Notes: generated from the sequence alone by a model not told the origin. A stretch of 64,000 bases of DNA from the human T2T-CHM13v2.0 reference genome, Homo sapiens (GCF_009914755.1 NC_060934.1), one strand, 5' to 3'. Positions 13,233-26,590 are shown, counted from the stretch's first letter. A program made the numbers and translations.

Positions 13233-13890
13233 TGTGGTTAAGGTGGAGCGTGTGGACTTTGGAGTCCGATGCACAGAACTTGGCTGGTGGCCCCGTGGGA
13301 AGCTATGGAACCACTCTGAGGCTCTTTCCAGCACCTGTGAAATACTACTGTTTACCACCTCGTGGGGTGTTGCTGTGGAGATAAAGATAGATGATACAGA
13401 GATAAAAATGCAGAGCTACTATAAAGTGAGCTCTCAGGGAGGGAAGTCACTACTTTGATTAAATAGAGATTTCCATCCCCACTGTACAGGATAAAAGCTG
13501 AAGCCAAGGGACTAAAATCCCCACCTCTGGCTTTTCCATTAATTCTCTTTCCACCTCTGTACATGTTTTCTTAAAGTCAGGTTTACTGAAATACAATTTA
13601 CATAAAAATAATTTTCTTTTTTTAGTGCACACTTTGGACAAATGTAGACTGTCATGTGACCACCACCAAGTAACTCCTCCTCCTGAAAGCTTACTTCATA
13701 GTGGCTCTGCATTTTCATCTCTGTATCATCTCTCTTTATCTTCACAGCAACACACCATGAGGCAGCAAATACTAGCAGTATTTGATGGCTGCTGAAAAGA
13801 GCCTCAGAGCAGCTCCATAGCTCAGAACTGCTACTAAATAGCAAGTTCTGTGCAGCTGACTCCAAAGCCCACACACTCCTCCTTGACCAC
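13233..13890. repeat. Inverted repeat: arms about 13233-13452 and 13668-13890, spacer about 215 bp
   Basis: 13370-13432 versus the reverse complement of 13688-13750 is 57/63 identical, ungapped. Similarity continues along both arms. Confidence 0.9.
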
Positions 13891-14530
13891 TTTCAAGAAA
13901 CAGGACATTTCTATCCCCCGCAAAATTCCATCCTGCCTTCGTAGTCATCCCCTTATCCCCCGTCCCTGGCAACCACTGATCTTATTTTCTCTCCTTAACA
14001 ATTTTGCCTTTTCCAAAATGTCCTCTAAGTGGAATATGACAGTGGGTAGCCTCTTGGGGTTGGCTTCTGTCAGCTGACAGAAGGCCTTTGAGATGCAGCC
14101 AGGGTGCTGTGGGTGTTAGCCGTGTGTTCCTTTGTACTGTAGAGAGGGATTCTGCTGTATGGATGGATGATGGACCTGAGTTCATTTATTCATTCATTCT
14201 GTGAGGGGCATTTATGTTTTTTCCAGGTTTTGGCAGTGATGAACAGAGCTTCTAGAAACATTCATGTATAGGCTTTTGTAGGAGCATAAGTTTTCATTTC
14301 TCTAGGATGAATAGCTAGGGGTGGAATTCCTGGGGGTATGTTTAACTTTCCCCGAAACTGCCAAACTTCCTTCCAAAGTGGCAGTGCCACGTTTGCATTC
14401 CCACCAGCAAGGGTGAGAGTGGTGGTTGCTCTGCACCCTTGCCATCATCAAGTTTTGATTGCTTGTTGAAGACATACTAATTGGTGTGTCCTGGCATCTT
14501 GTTTTAATCATCATTTTCCTAATGATGATG
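13560..14530 (-). mobile_element. Old L1 (L1MC/ME-like) 3' end, interrupted by the second inverted-repeat arm
   Basis: tttactgaaatacaatttacata...ttggacaaatgta...accaccacc [insert] tcaagaaacaggacatttctatc...cattcccaccagca. Confidence 0.65.
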
Positions 14531-17500
14531 CTGTTGTCCGTACTCAGTATTTCTGACAGTGTCAGCTGTGCAGGTAGATGTGAACGCTGTTCATAGTACA
14601 TCACCTCTGTCTCTCTCCTCTTTTTAATTTGGTTTTAGATTGTAAGGTCTCCTTGTTGATGTGAAACCATGGGGAAGAGGGAAGCAAGCACTAGCCCCAC
14701 CCTGAACATGTTTTAGGAACAAGAATGGCTTTGCTATTTATTTATTTATTTATTTTGGAGCGCTCTAGATTGAGGCCAAGACTCTGCTGAAAACAGGGGC
14801 GAGAGTGTTTGGATCGGCTGACAAGCAGTGAGGCACTGGCTTTTGCATGGAGAGGAAAACAGATCATTTACGGCCATGCATGCGAAGCCACTATTCTATT
14901 TTGTATCATCTGGTTTAGAGGCTTCCCCAGCTCCAAGGCCTGAGGGCCATGGCCCATTATGGAGATGGCAAACAGGCAGTTTCTGCACCTGGAGTTTATA
15001 ATCTGGAAATGAGAATAGTTGCAGAGGCTGACAAGAAATGGGGAAAGAATTTTAATCTTTAATTTTTTCAAAGCAACTCTTTGTCTGCAGTCCCCAGCTT
15101 TTCTGCAGAAGGCACTGAGTCCCAAGCTAACCCTTTGGGTCATTCCACATGTCTTCTTGCTCTGGGGCAGCTTTTCCTGGGAACAGCTTCTTGGCATCTT
15201 AGCTCCAAGGGCGCTGCTAGATCACATCTCACATTCTGAGACTCCCAACTCCGCAAATCACTCAATAGAAAGTCAGGGATGAAAACAGTCATCAAAATGT
15301 TTACTTAGCAGCCCAAATATCAGCAACCCAGCAGTTGCTTCATGCTCCAGATGTTACCCTTCATTGGGGCCGCTGTGCGCAGAATGCCTGGTGTGGGTTG
15401 TTACAATGCAGAGCGAGCTCTGATGATGCTATGTATCCCTGCAGGGTGGGTGGGGTGCAGGGTGAGGGTGGATAGTGACACCAAGAGACCTGGGGGCATG
15501 CATGGCCACTCCCAGCACTGGTGCTGCTGAGGTCACAGGGAATCCCTCCCTCTTGGGTCCCTGCAGGCTCGCCATCTGGTTCCCTGCACATGGCACAGAG
15601 GAAGGGGAGACCCCATCACATACACACAACCCACAGACTCTGGGCTCCTGTGGGGGTCCCTGCAGCCCTTCAGCTTCTCACTATGCTGGACCTCTTCCCA
15701 TTGTTCATGCAGGAAGGGCAGAGAGGGACTGGGATCACCGGGACCATGTGGATGAGGAGAAGCCGAGTCTCAGAGAGGGGAAGTGACTCAGTTAAGACAC
15801 CACAGGGGCCAAGTTTGACCTGGACCCCTGCCTGTGACTCCCATCCTGGCCCCACTGCCCCCTCTGCCTCGTGGCTGTGTGAGAAGGCAAGTTTCTGCCT
15901 CAGGAGAGCAGAGCTTCCAACCTGGCTGGTCAGGGATGTGGAGGGCCAGAATGCCATGTGCCCTGAACCCATCCAAGCTGGGACACAGCACGGCCGGCAG
16001 GGAGGAGTGGTCTTGTCTTTTCCTGGAGGCTCTGGGACTCCCTGCAGCCTCCTGGCCTCTTGCTCTGCCAAGGCCATATTTCCCTGAACCCTTCCCCTAA
16101 AAGCCCACCTGTCCAAGAACCTTTCCAGGGTAGCAAGTCTTCCCCAGCCTGTGTGACCGGGTATAGTAGTTTGCCAAGCCCCTCTCCCCATCCTCAGCCC
16201 CAAGCAGCCACAGTGTGAGCCCAGCTGCCTGTGTGCACTGCTGGGGGTGTGCTGGGCAGCAAAGCCTGGGCTGTCCACAGACCTGGGGGCTTCTGCTCTG
16301 GTCACCGACTGGCGAAGGGACCCTGGCCAAGTCACCTCTCTGCTCCCACCTCAGTACCAGCTGTGGACGAAGGCTGCTAGCTTTGCTGTCACTGGATATC
16401 AGAAGGATTACATGAAGAGATGCATGTAAATGCCTGCACTAAGTAGGTGCCAGTAAATATGCATTCCCTTAATCCTAATAGTGACCTGTGCCAAGCTGAC
16501 TAATGCTAGAGGGGCCCTGTGAGAGGACCTGTTGTCATCCCCACTTTACAAATGAGGACCATGAGGCAGGGATGGGTCTTGCCACTTGGTCTAAACCCAC
16601 TGTGTTCAAACCCCAGCAGTCTGGCCCCAGAGTCTGTGCTGGGAGCCAAACATGTCTGAGAGTAGAATCCCCAGGAGCCAAGGTCCAGACGTGGTGTCTG
16701 TTTAACAGGTTGATTTTTATGAAAAATGCCCTGAGCTCAAGTTCCCACAGTGGAGAGTGAAGTTGGGGGATGGTTGGGAAGCACAGGTTTGGATCCTGTT
16801 TTTATTTAAAATTTTGTTCATCATGGATTTCTTGACATTAACTTTGATCTCTAAAACTGTTGCATAAAATTATCATTTTTGGCACCTCCTTAAATCTTGT
16901 GAGGAGGTGAGTGCCTCCTTCATTGCCCTACCCTCACCCTGGCCTCGCCTGGGACTCCCACAGTGACCCTAAGCCCCGATGGGTCCCTTTTCACCCTGGA
17001 TAAGAAGAGGCTGCTGGCTTGTAGGTGGGGCACTTCTTGAGAATGAGACGGATGAGAGTGTTTTTTTCTTGCTGTTCTTCACATGGCCTGCAAGCCTACT
17101 CCCTGTTTCCTTCTCTTTTCAAATAAAACTGGAGCAGGTGTGGCACGATCAGCAGATGAGCAGGAGGTGGGGCAGCTGCAGCTTGGCATTTGAGTCAGAT
17201 GCTGCTGCCACGCAATTTCAGGGGTCCGCATTAGTTAGAAATCCTTGTTTATCAAAAATCTTTGCCGATTCAAGTGAAGGTGAGTCAAGTGTTTCACTTC
17301 AGCAAACGTGGCTTCTGCACTTCAGAGGAGAGCTGGGCGGTTTCTGATCCTTTCTCTGGATCTCCAGCTAAGTCCCCACCCATCGCAGTTCCATATTCTG
17401 CCTGATGCTCACTTGACTTGCCACTTGCTGGTCCTGAAGATGGGGCATGTTAACATGTCCTCAGACATGGTTTACTGATAGAGCCAGTTAGTAAAGCCTG

Positions 17501-18539
17501 CAGGTGTGGCCACAGAATGAACTTTATATGGTAGAGACAACACTAAGCTTGCTGTTACCATGGCTTGGGGCTGGCTCTATTGGTGCTAGGGATGGCAGTT
17601 TGGTTGGACACAGTGGCTTTCAGAGTCCTGGGGAAATCCTAGTAGAAATCTTGGAGTGGGAAAAATGAACTTGTTCCAAAGAGGGGTCTAGGCGAGAGAG
17701 AGAGAGATTGAGATTTGGGTGCCATCAGCACGTAGGTTAATTCGTTCACGGATTCATTTATACTTTCATTCGTTTATGCAATAACATTTTATTGAGAATC
17801 TACTCTGTGCCAGCCCCTGCTATGGACATAACATCCTTGCCTTCACAGAGCTAATGTTTAGTGGATATGTGGCTCTCAGTGGTAATTAGAGCCATGAGAA
17901 TAGCTGAGACCTCCTTACAAAGAACCCATGAAATGAGAACTCACTGGAGTCTGACTCCAGAACACCAGCTGCAGGGAGCTCTGCAGGAGACCGAGCCTCA
18001 GATGGAAACATACTTAGCTCCTCACTCTGCAGCAAATGCGCAGTGAGAAACAACAGAGATGCACTTGCTTTTGATTTTATTCTACCTGTCAAATTATCAG
18101 GGTTAAAAAAAAGGGTAATAAAAAAAGATTACACATAGGGAAGCTCGAGCTCTTGTACACTTATGTAGAAGGAATGTCTGTCCCTTGATAGGATTGGTGT
18201 TTCAGGAGCAGCCGTTTGGAAATATGGATCAAGAGGCTGGAAAATTTATCTATCTTTAGATCCAACTATTTCCTTTTAGAAATTCAGGAATGGATTAGGA
18301 TTTGTTATTTTATCATGAATATATAAAAAAGACTTAGACATGAGGATTGTCATTACAGTATTTTTTTATAGTACTGAATAATTGGATATCATTTAAGTGC
18401 CTAAGTGTAAGGGCTTATTAAATAAACAAGCAACATTACTCTATGGCCACCATGCAGCCATTAAGAATAAAGGCATTGAGGATCTTAAGTGATGTGGAAA
18501 ATATTCATGATGTGCTGTTTTGACTACAAAGAAAGTTAT

Positions 18540-19260
18540 GGACTAATTTATTAAAAAATGGATTGAGAGAAGATATCTGTAATTTTCAAAACTAACAAAG
18601 GACCAGCTTCTAGAGTATACTCTCATGAAGCAGCAAGAGAAAGACAAGCAAGGAAAAAATAAGCAAAGGTTATGAGTAGTGAATTCACAGAGGAGAAATG
18701 CCAAAAGGCTAACAGGCATGTAAAGGGATGCTCATACTCATTAGTAACTTAGAGAAATGCAAATTAAAATGACAATGCAAGGTCTCTTTCCTTCAATCAG
18801 ATTGCAAACACTGGAAAGCTGGGTGATGCCAAGCAGGGTGGTAATGAGGTCACTGAAGAGCCTTCAGATGCTGTGGGGGAGATGGCCTGATGCCCGCTTT
18901 CTGGAGGCATCTTAGTTTGTGGAACTTAGTTGAACTGAGCAGTCATACTCCCTTGATTCAGTTCTGCTGCCCCTGCCTTCATACCCAGAGTCAGTCATGA
19001 AAGCCCAGTGAAGGGACCCACGCAGCAATGTCCACCCCAGCCCTGTGTGCTGGACTGAATGTTGTGGCTAATCCAGCCATCTATCAGAGAAAGCCAACAA
19101 GTAAAATAGGCATGTGATGCCCACTTTGGAACACAAGGTAGCAGTTAGAGGAAATGAACTTGACAAACACAGAGACACGTGGTGGAGTCTGAAGACATAA
19201 TGCTGGGTGAAAGAGTAAGAGCAGAAAAGATGCAGAAGAGCATTTGCTAACTTAAGTGTA
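18540..19260 (+). mobile_element. Old L1M fragment
   Basis: agagaaatgcaaattaaaatgacaatg and related L1 ORF2/3' end motifs. Confidence 0.5.
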
Positions 19261-20968
19261 TGTGGATGGAAATCAGGTGCTGTGTGTCATACTCTGTAAG
19301 TTCCATGCTGGTGGAATCATACTCACCAAGTGAGAGTGTGGGTGGGGTGGGGACACAGGGAATGCGAATGGAGAATGGAGGTCCTGGTGATAAAGAAATA
19401 AATGAACACAGCCAGACAGGAGCCCACCCAGATCAGGGAAAAGGCTAAGGGATGTGAGCAACTCCACACACTGCCTGCCCCTTAGAGTTAGCCCCCCAAA
19501 AGAAACAACTTAATCCCCCACAAAACCCCATCCCAGTGCCCAACAAAAGCAAAAGTATAAATAAAGTTTGCTTCAACAATATTATGATCGTGTTCTTACT
19601 AAACTATATATTCATAGATAGAAGCTGGAATGTCAGCAGTCATGTTTTCTGGGTATGGGCAAGCATTATGTTCTTCCTGATTTTTTGTTTCCTCCCAGTT
19701 TTTGACAATGAACTGACATGGCTTTTGTAATAAGAAAATTATTCCTGAAAATAAAGTCAGAGAGTAAGCAGTCTGTGTGCTCGAAGAGGAGCTGGGGGCA
19801 GGCTGGGTTCTGCACATAAAGAGTGAGAATGTTTCAGAGAGGGCTGGTTATCCTTGCCGGTGTCACGTGGCTAAACCCCATTCTAGCCTTCAAGGAATCT
19901 GTGTTTGGGCTAAAAATAAAGCATGATGTAACCCAACCACTGCTGTAGCCAAGAGGAAAACACTGGGAGCCCACTTCTCTATGTCCCTCTGGTCACTACT
20001 TTGTGATTGTTGAATGCCTGCTGGGCACCCGGATGGCTTCCTACGTGGTAATGTTGAGTTTGGTGAGGGCTTTTATTCAGGGATCCTGAACATTTTGGTC
20101 CCTTCTGAGAGTTTACTGAACTGCAGACAAACAAACAATAAACTATCCTATGTTATGGTGTAAGTCATAATTGACTGACAACTTTTGAAGGTGTGTACCT
20201 TTGGGAGGTCACTTATTGGTGAATTGGCCCTTGGCTGTTTTCATCGCATAAGTTTTTGTTCTTGTGCCTACTGGCTTGAGGTTCCCAACTTGCAAACACT
20301 GCTCCTGTGTGCACTTAGAGATGAGCTCTTGTAAGCTTGGGGACTTAAAGGGTCATTTTGAGAATAAAATACTCTAAAAATATCAAGTATAAACCAAATA
20401 ATGCTTAGAATGAGGAATCTATCCTTACAGACCCATCATAGAAGGAAGTTCTAGATATAGAATTATGTGCCTCTACAAATACCAGTGAACTATTTACATC
20501 TCTTTTATGTATGCAGCCTTTTAAAAGAGAAGCAGCAACAAGTGAAAAAAAAACAAACAAACAACACCCCCCCCTCCCAAACAGGCTTTAGTGTGAAAGT
20601 TTGCATTTCAACTTGACGTCTAGCTGCCTGTATGCCTTTGGCCCAGTTTCCTTACTTACCTAGAGAGAATAAGAGCACACATCTGTCTGTGTGGCTGTAG
20701 GAGAGTCTGTCTGAGTCTTGTGTATAAGACCCCACAGTGCTGGGCACACACTAGATTGTGAACTTGTATTAATCACATCTAAATCTGAATCCCCTTTTTA
20801 AAAAGGCTTCCTTATTTTAGTCTGTTTCAGATTCTTAGGGGAACCATTTTCAATAGAAACTGGGCTGAGTGAGTACAGTACCTTATCCACAGCCAGAATC
20901 ATCAGGAAGTGATGTGACAGGAATGTTCACTTCTATTTGTTCTGAATTCAGATCTGCTTTGCCACGGC

Positions 20969-21202
20969 ATGGAGGCAGAAGATCTTTCAAAGGCTGAAGA
21001 CAGAAATGAAGACCCAGGTTCCAAAAATGAAGGGCAGCTTGCTGCTGTGCAGCCTGATGTCCCACATGGAGGGCAGTCCTCCAGCCCCACAGCTCTCTGG
21101 GACATGCTGGAAAGGAAGTTTCTGGAATACCAGCAGTTGACTCACAAGAGCCCCATTGAGCGTCAGAAGAGCCTGTTGAGTCTTCTCCCCCTATTCCTAA
21201 AG
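20969..21202 (+). CDS. WDFY4: WDFY4 first coding exon (exon 2). The exon starts at 20952 with 17 nt of 5'UTR. Codons 1-78.
   Basis: Acceptor ttcag|ATCTG at 20951/20952; Kozak-like CACGGCATGG; MEAEDLSK...LLPLFLK; donor AAG|gttagt; 234 coding nt, phase 0. Confidence 0.95.
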
Positions 21203-21331
21203 GTTAGTGTTCTTATTTTTGAAACTGTAAGGTGATAGGCGCTCTGGGACACTTCTGGGATGATTGCATAGTGAAGTTGATGGTTTTAATGTCATCCCAA
21301 GTGGACTCTGATTGGTTGCTCAGGGGAGTGT

Positions 21332-21665
21332 TGTCTTAGTCTGCTAGGGCCACTATAACAAAATGCCATAAACTGGGTAGCTTAGATGCAACAGACTTAT
21401 TTCTCATAGTTTGGAGCCTGGGAAGTCCAACATTAAGGCACATTAAGTGTCTGGTAAGAGCTTACTTTCTGGCTCATAGAAGGTGCCTTCTTGCCATGGC
21501 CTTATGTAGTGGAAGGGGTGAGGGGCCTCTCTCAGGCTTCTTTTATAAGGGCACTAATCCCATTCATAATGGTAGAGCCAAATTGTTTTCCAAAGGCCCT
21601 ACCTCCTGACACCATTATCTTAGAGATTAAAATGTCACTATATGAATTTTGGGGAGACCCTAGCG
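21332..21665 (-). mobile_element. MLT1A-like MaLR LTR
   Basis: tgtcttagtctgctagggccactataacaaaatgccataaactgggtagctta...ttttataagggcactaatcccattcat. Confidence 0.75.
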
Positions 21666-24600
21666 AGAGTGTCATGCCAAAGATGACAAGCAAGGCTCAT
21701 TTCTAGGGTAGGGAGGGACTTAGAAAGGACAGACAGTTAGCTTCTGAGTAATACTGTCTCTTTAGTTAAAAAATATTACATTGTTCCATCACAAACCCAG
21801 TTTGGGAGCTAGAAATAAGACCAGCTTCTTTGGGAGGGAGGAGAAGATGGTATGTCCTGACACAAGAGTCACACAGGTGGCTGGCAACCTCACACCCCAG
21901 GGATGCCAACACCAAGGCCTGGAAAAGCCAGAATATCTTGCATCAAATTGTGACAATAATGCAAAGTGAGGTAAAATCAGTGGAAAGCACCAGAGCTTCA
22001 CTCACATCCCGGTCACAGCTCCACGAAGGAAACCAGCGCATCTACTGGGTCTGCACTCTAGCTAGTGGCAGCTGGTGACAGCTTGGCTGCAAGGGATTTC
22101 CTTTGTTATCTGGGAGCAATACTCCTGCCAGTGAGGTCTGCCTTATAGTTGAAGTCTAGTTGTAGCATTGAAAGCACTTTTTATAAGGACTTAGTGTTTA
22201 CTTGACTATGGATTTGGGGTTATTTTTGAAAAGCGTATACCTACAAAATATTCAAAGCAGAGAGAACAAGAGCTACTTTTCACGTTTGAAAGTAGACTAT
22301 GGCAGATGGAGGCTTTGGCATGTTTTCACTGCTAAATGCCTTTGTGAATATATTTCCTCTAACTTATTCATCAGAAATATTTAAGGGTTTCCAAAGATTA
22401 CTTAGAATCTTGTTGGGAACACGTTTATAGGATGCATTCCATACTTAGCATTAAACAGTTGCCAAGTAACTCACTGTCCATTAATTCATCATTTTCCTCC
22501 ATGTTTTGGACTTGTAGTCCCATTCATCTCATTTCACAGACTGCATAACTAGGGCTAGATTAGTAAAGATAGCTAAAGATTCTCAGCCCTAGCCCTGCCT
22601 GCCCTGACAGCCCCAGATTCTGGGAGGTGCGACAGTCTTACCCCAGTTCCCAGATCAACTTTGCCTTATGGAAGGGACAATGTGAGCAGTCCCCAGCCCC
22701 CAGTGCAAGTCACTGGCAATGGGGATGAGTTCAGCCATTACTGAGCTGCTAGTTCTCGGTGACACTTTTCCCACCTGCATGGGCAGCCCGGGCTCTGATG
22801 AAAGGACTGCACCCAAGAGCCAGGACTTGATTCTTCTTCACCTCCCTGATGTTTATTTGAGAGTTCATTTGTTTGTTGCACCAATATTTATTAAGCTCCT
22901 ATACTCTGCTCTAAGGCCTGAAATATAGGAGTAAAGAAGACAGAGGTGACACACCACCCTCATGGTGAGTGTGGCCCAGAGCAGACGGCATCGAATAGCA
23001 CACTGTGTATTTCATTTGGCCTGCAGGGGTTCAGAATGAACTAGTGGCCATTTTTTTTCAAAATGGAAAGTTTTCATATGAAAATCAGATTTCTAATTTA
23101 TCTTGAAAATTTTGGTAGATCTAATACTGACGGTTGTATGGGAGGGGTTATGGGGTTCCCCAGCTAACCTCGGAGCTCACTCCAACATCTTTCACCCAAC
23201 CCATATTACTAATGAATGTTATGTCACCGTACAGGCATGTGAGCTTGTGACTCCATATTTAAGTGTTACTATTATAAGTGAACCTTGATACTGGTCTTTG
23301 TTTTCCACACCCTGTCCCTATAATTGGAGGCATAATGACCCTGTTGTTGAACATGTGGGCTTTCTAGTCAAACAGATCAAGGCTCAAGTCCTGGCTGCAT
23401 CACTTATTTATTAGTTGTGTGCTGTTGAGCAAGTTACCAACTATTGCTGAACCTCAGTTATCCATAAAGTAGAATTAATAGCATTTCAATGAGAAACCAT
23501 GAGGGTAAGACAAGACAATGATTATAAAGTCCACAGCTCATGGAAAGTAGACATTATTCCCATTACTTTTCCACCAGCCTCCAGTGTACTTACTGCACAT
23601 GGACTGAAGCCTTTGAGATTCCTGTCGCCAGGATTCCCTAAACTGCTGACACAATCTGCTACTCTGGATCCCTGGAACCCACCTCTGGCAAACCCTGCAG
23701 AGGCAGAATATTATAGGCTTCTCATAATTTTCTTAATATCTGTATTATTTTATTAAGTCCTACATGCCTATGAAACATGGTTTCTATTACATTCTGACTG
23801 ACTAATAAAACCCTGCCAGAGCCAGAGTGCTCAGCCTTCTTAATTAATAGTTGGTGGTGGAAAGAAAGGTGGGGAAGATGGGAGATTTTTCTCAGGTGTA
23901 GTGCAGATCAAATCTAACCTGAGATGAAGCATGAGAACATTTACTGGAATATAGGCCCTTGTGTAAGAAGATAAGCTTGTAACCACTCTGTTCTGAATTT
24001 TATAACCACAAAGCAGTGTTCTTTAAGGTTTTCCATGAAGTTCCCCCTTGGAAATAACAGAACCTAAAATGTTATGCCACTTCTCCCGGAATGTGGCTGT
24101 TAACATCAAAGCCTTATACATGTATTGGTTGTCATGGAAATCATACTCTGCCTGGGCTCTGAGACTCCTGAGTACAAACAAAGAGTCCTGAACTCCCATG
24201 TGTGATGGAGCTCAACTCTATACCTGACTCTTCATTTTGGCCCAAAGAAAATTAATTAAGATTATTTGGAATATTCTTTGTTCCAAAGCAATGCACACAA
24301 GGGATTTTGAATTGTCACTTCTGCTCGGAAAGGCCATGTCCCTAGGGTGTGGGGTCTTGTCTGACTGACCCCCAGCCTCTTTGTCGGTCAGACTCTGCAT
24401 GGAAGCGGTGATCTATGTTGTAGTTGGGGCTGGGTGAATCAGGTTGACAGCTGTGTGTGCCTCTCCTAAGTTGCTGTCACCTGGTAGCTTCAATCTTGTG
24501 AGTCTTGAGATTTGACAATGGGCATTGTCTTGTGCATCAGACTCCCTCAGAGCTACTTCTTTGGCATCTTCTTCCCAGAAAAGAACTTCCCGTTAGCCTG

Positions 24601-26094
24601 TTTGGTTTTCTTCCATATCTGACTCCTTCAAACACGAGCACTGAACTTTCCTCTATCCCTGTCTTTGTTTATACTTGAATCTGCAGTAACTGCTAGGCAA
24701 GTACAAAGGTGGGCTTGGTTTGTGGTACAGTGAATCCCAGCCCCACTGCCTCTTGAGTTGAAGAGTGGCTGCAGGGGTGCTAACCCAGTCAACATTTTGG
24801 CTATTGTCTAGGTAATAAGGAAGAGCCTAATGGGATCTCAACAAACTGGAACCCAAAAAGGGAGCTTCCCTGAGGGGAGGAGTGAGAAATGGGATTCTCA
24901 TCCAGAACAGCAGGCTCCCTCCTCACCTAGGGTTCCTCACTCCTCTTGTTAGGTCAAAGAGTTCTTAGCCAGGGCAAGGTGAAGGATGTTTCAGTCCTGA
25001 TCTAGGGTCAGATCCTTCCAACCTAGCCTCTACCCCTTTTCTTTTATTTCTTTTTAATATCACCCTATTCTTTCTTTGACCTGTGCTAAGCAACCTGTAT
25101 ATTAGAAATGAGACTAAGAGATGAAATGATGCCCTAGGTTCCAATACTAGCAAGGGGCAGAGCCAAGACTTAAACTCAGGCACCCTGATGCCCAGGTGAG
25201 CAGTTGCTTTCACTGATGATAGCTAGGTAATATCCTACAGGTTCTAACTAGCTAGCCAGACATTCTGTTCAGTGTTTACATGTCCTCACAATAACGCTGT
25301 GATGTAGGTAGTATTTTTATCCCAGCTTTATAAATGAGGAAAGAGAGGCTTAGGGATGTTGCATAACTTGGCCAAAGTCACCCAATTGTCAGCTGGTAGC
25401 AGAATGTCACCAGGGCAGTCTGCTGTAGGTCTGCATTATTAACCACTGGATGTCCTTGCTCAGTGCTGGGGTTTCTAGGATAAAGCAGGTCTGGTTTGTC
25501 TTTCCTTATTTCATGACTCACTGGACAATGGCTTTGCCTGGCTAAGACCTTGCCTTTTCCTTGGGCTCAAAAAGAATGTCTCCCCCACACATAGGATGTT
25601 TAGATTGCTGACTGTAGGATGTTGCAGATAAGGAGGAAGTTTTATTTCATCACATGGAAGCAACACAGAGCCAATGACTTCTGTGGTGTGCAGAGTAGTG
25701 TTTTTAAGAAAGACTCAATAGGCTGTTGTTCTTTTCCTGCCAAGAGCCTTGGGGTTTGGTCTTTTCAGAACCTTTCCCATCGTATGGTCTCACACCAAGG
25801 GAAGAAGGTGTTCTTCTAGCAATCATGGGAAGGTGCTGGTTTTGGGGGAAGAAAATCACTTGAGGTCCTCATTTTGCACAGAGATATCCTGTAATAATAG
25901 AAATGGGGAAATCTAGAGCTACAGAAGTAGCCAATGAGGTTTATTCATAGAATGTGGACTTTGAGAGAAAGCAGAAAGTAAAATAGAGAATCCTCAGCAA
26001 TTAATGCAAAATCTATCAGTGTCTGAGATAGACAACTTGGGAGGTGGGACCACATTGGAGAAAAGGGAAATATGTGGATGTGGTAGATTAGAGG

Positions 26095-26590
26095 TGCTGT
26101 GAATGGGCTCACACTCCTCCCTTCAAGAGGTGGGATCTTTATCCCTTCCCCTTGAATCTAGATGGATTTGTATCAACTGGGCTAATGGAACAAGGCAGAA
26201 GAGACATTTCCAAGCATAGGCCTCAAGAGGCTCACAGCTTCTTCTGCCTCTCACTTGGCATACTCACTCCTAGAGTCTAGCTGCCATGTTGTAAGGAAGC
26301 CCAAGTAGTTCTGAGTGAACACCTGTGTGGAGAGGATCCAAGGCCCTGACCTTGAGGCTGCACTTGCTGCTGACTGCCAGCACCATCTTGTCAGCCCTGT
26401 GAGCACACCCACAATCTTGGAAGTGGATCTCTTAGCTCCCATTAGCTGCCCTAGCAGAATGGAGCACAGAAAAGGTGTCCCTGCTGAGCCCTGCCCACAT
26501 TGCAGATCCATGAGCAAAATAAATGATTGCTATTATTTTAAGCCACTGAATTTAGGGGTGTTTTGTCATGCACAACAGGTAACTGGAAAA
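26095..26590 (+). mobile_element. MLT1H-like MaLR LTR, sense orientation
   Basis: cccttcaagaggtgg...gtaaggaagcccaag...ctgagccctgcccacattgcagatccatgagcaaaataaatgattg...ttttaagccact. Confidence 0.7.

Noticed and set aside
15521-16335. Long overlapping ORFs (188 aa on +, 221 aa on -)
   Set aside because: GC-rich intronic sequence with no recognisable domain or exon-phase fit; consistent with chance.
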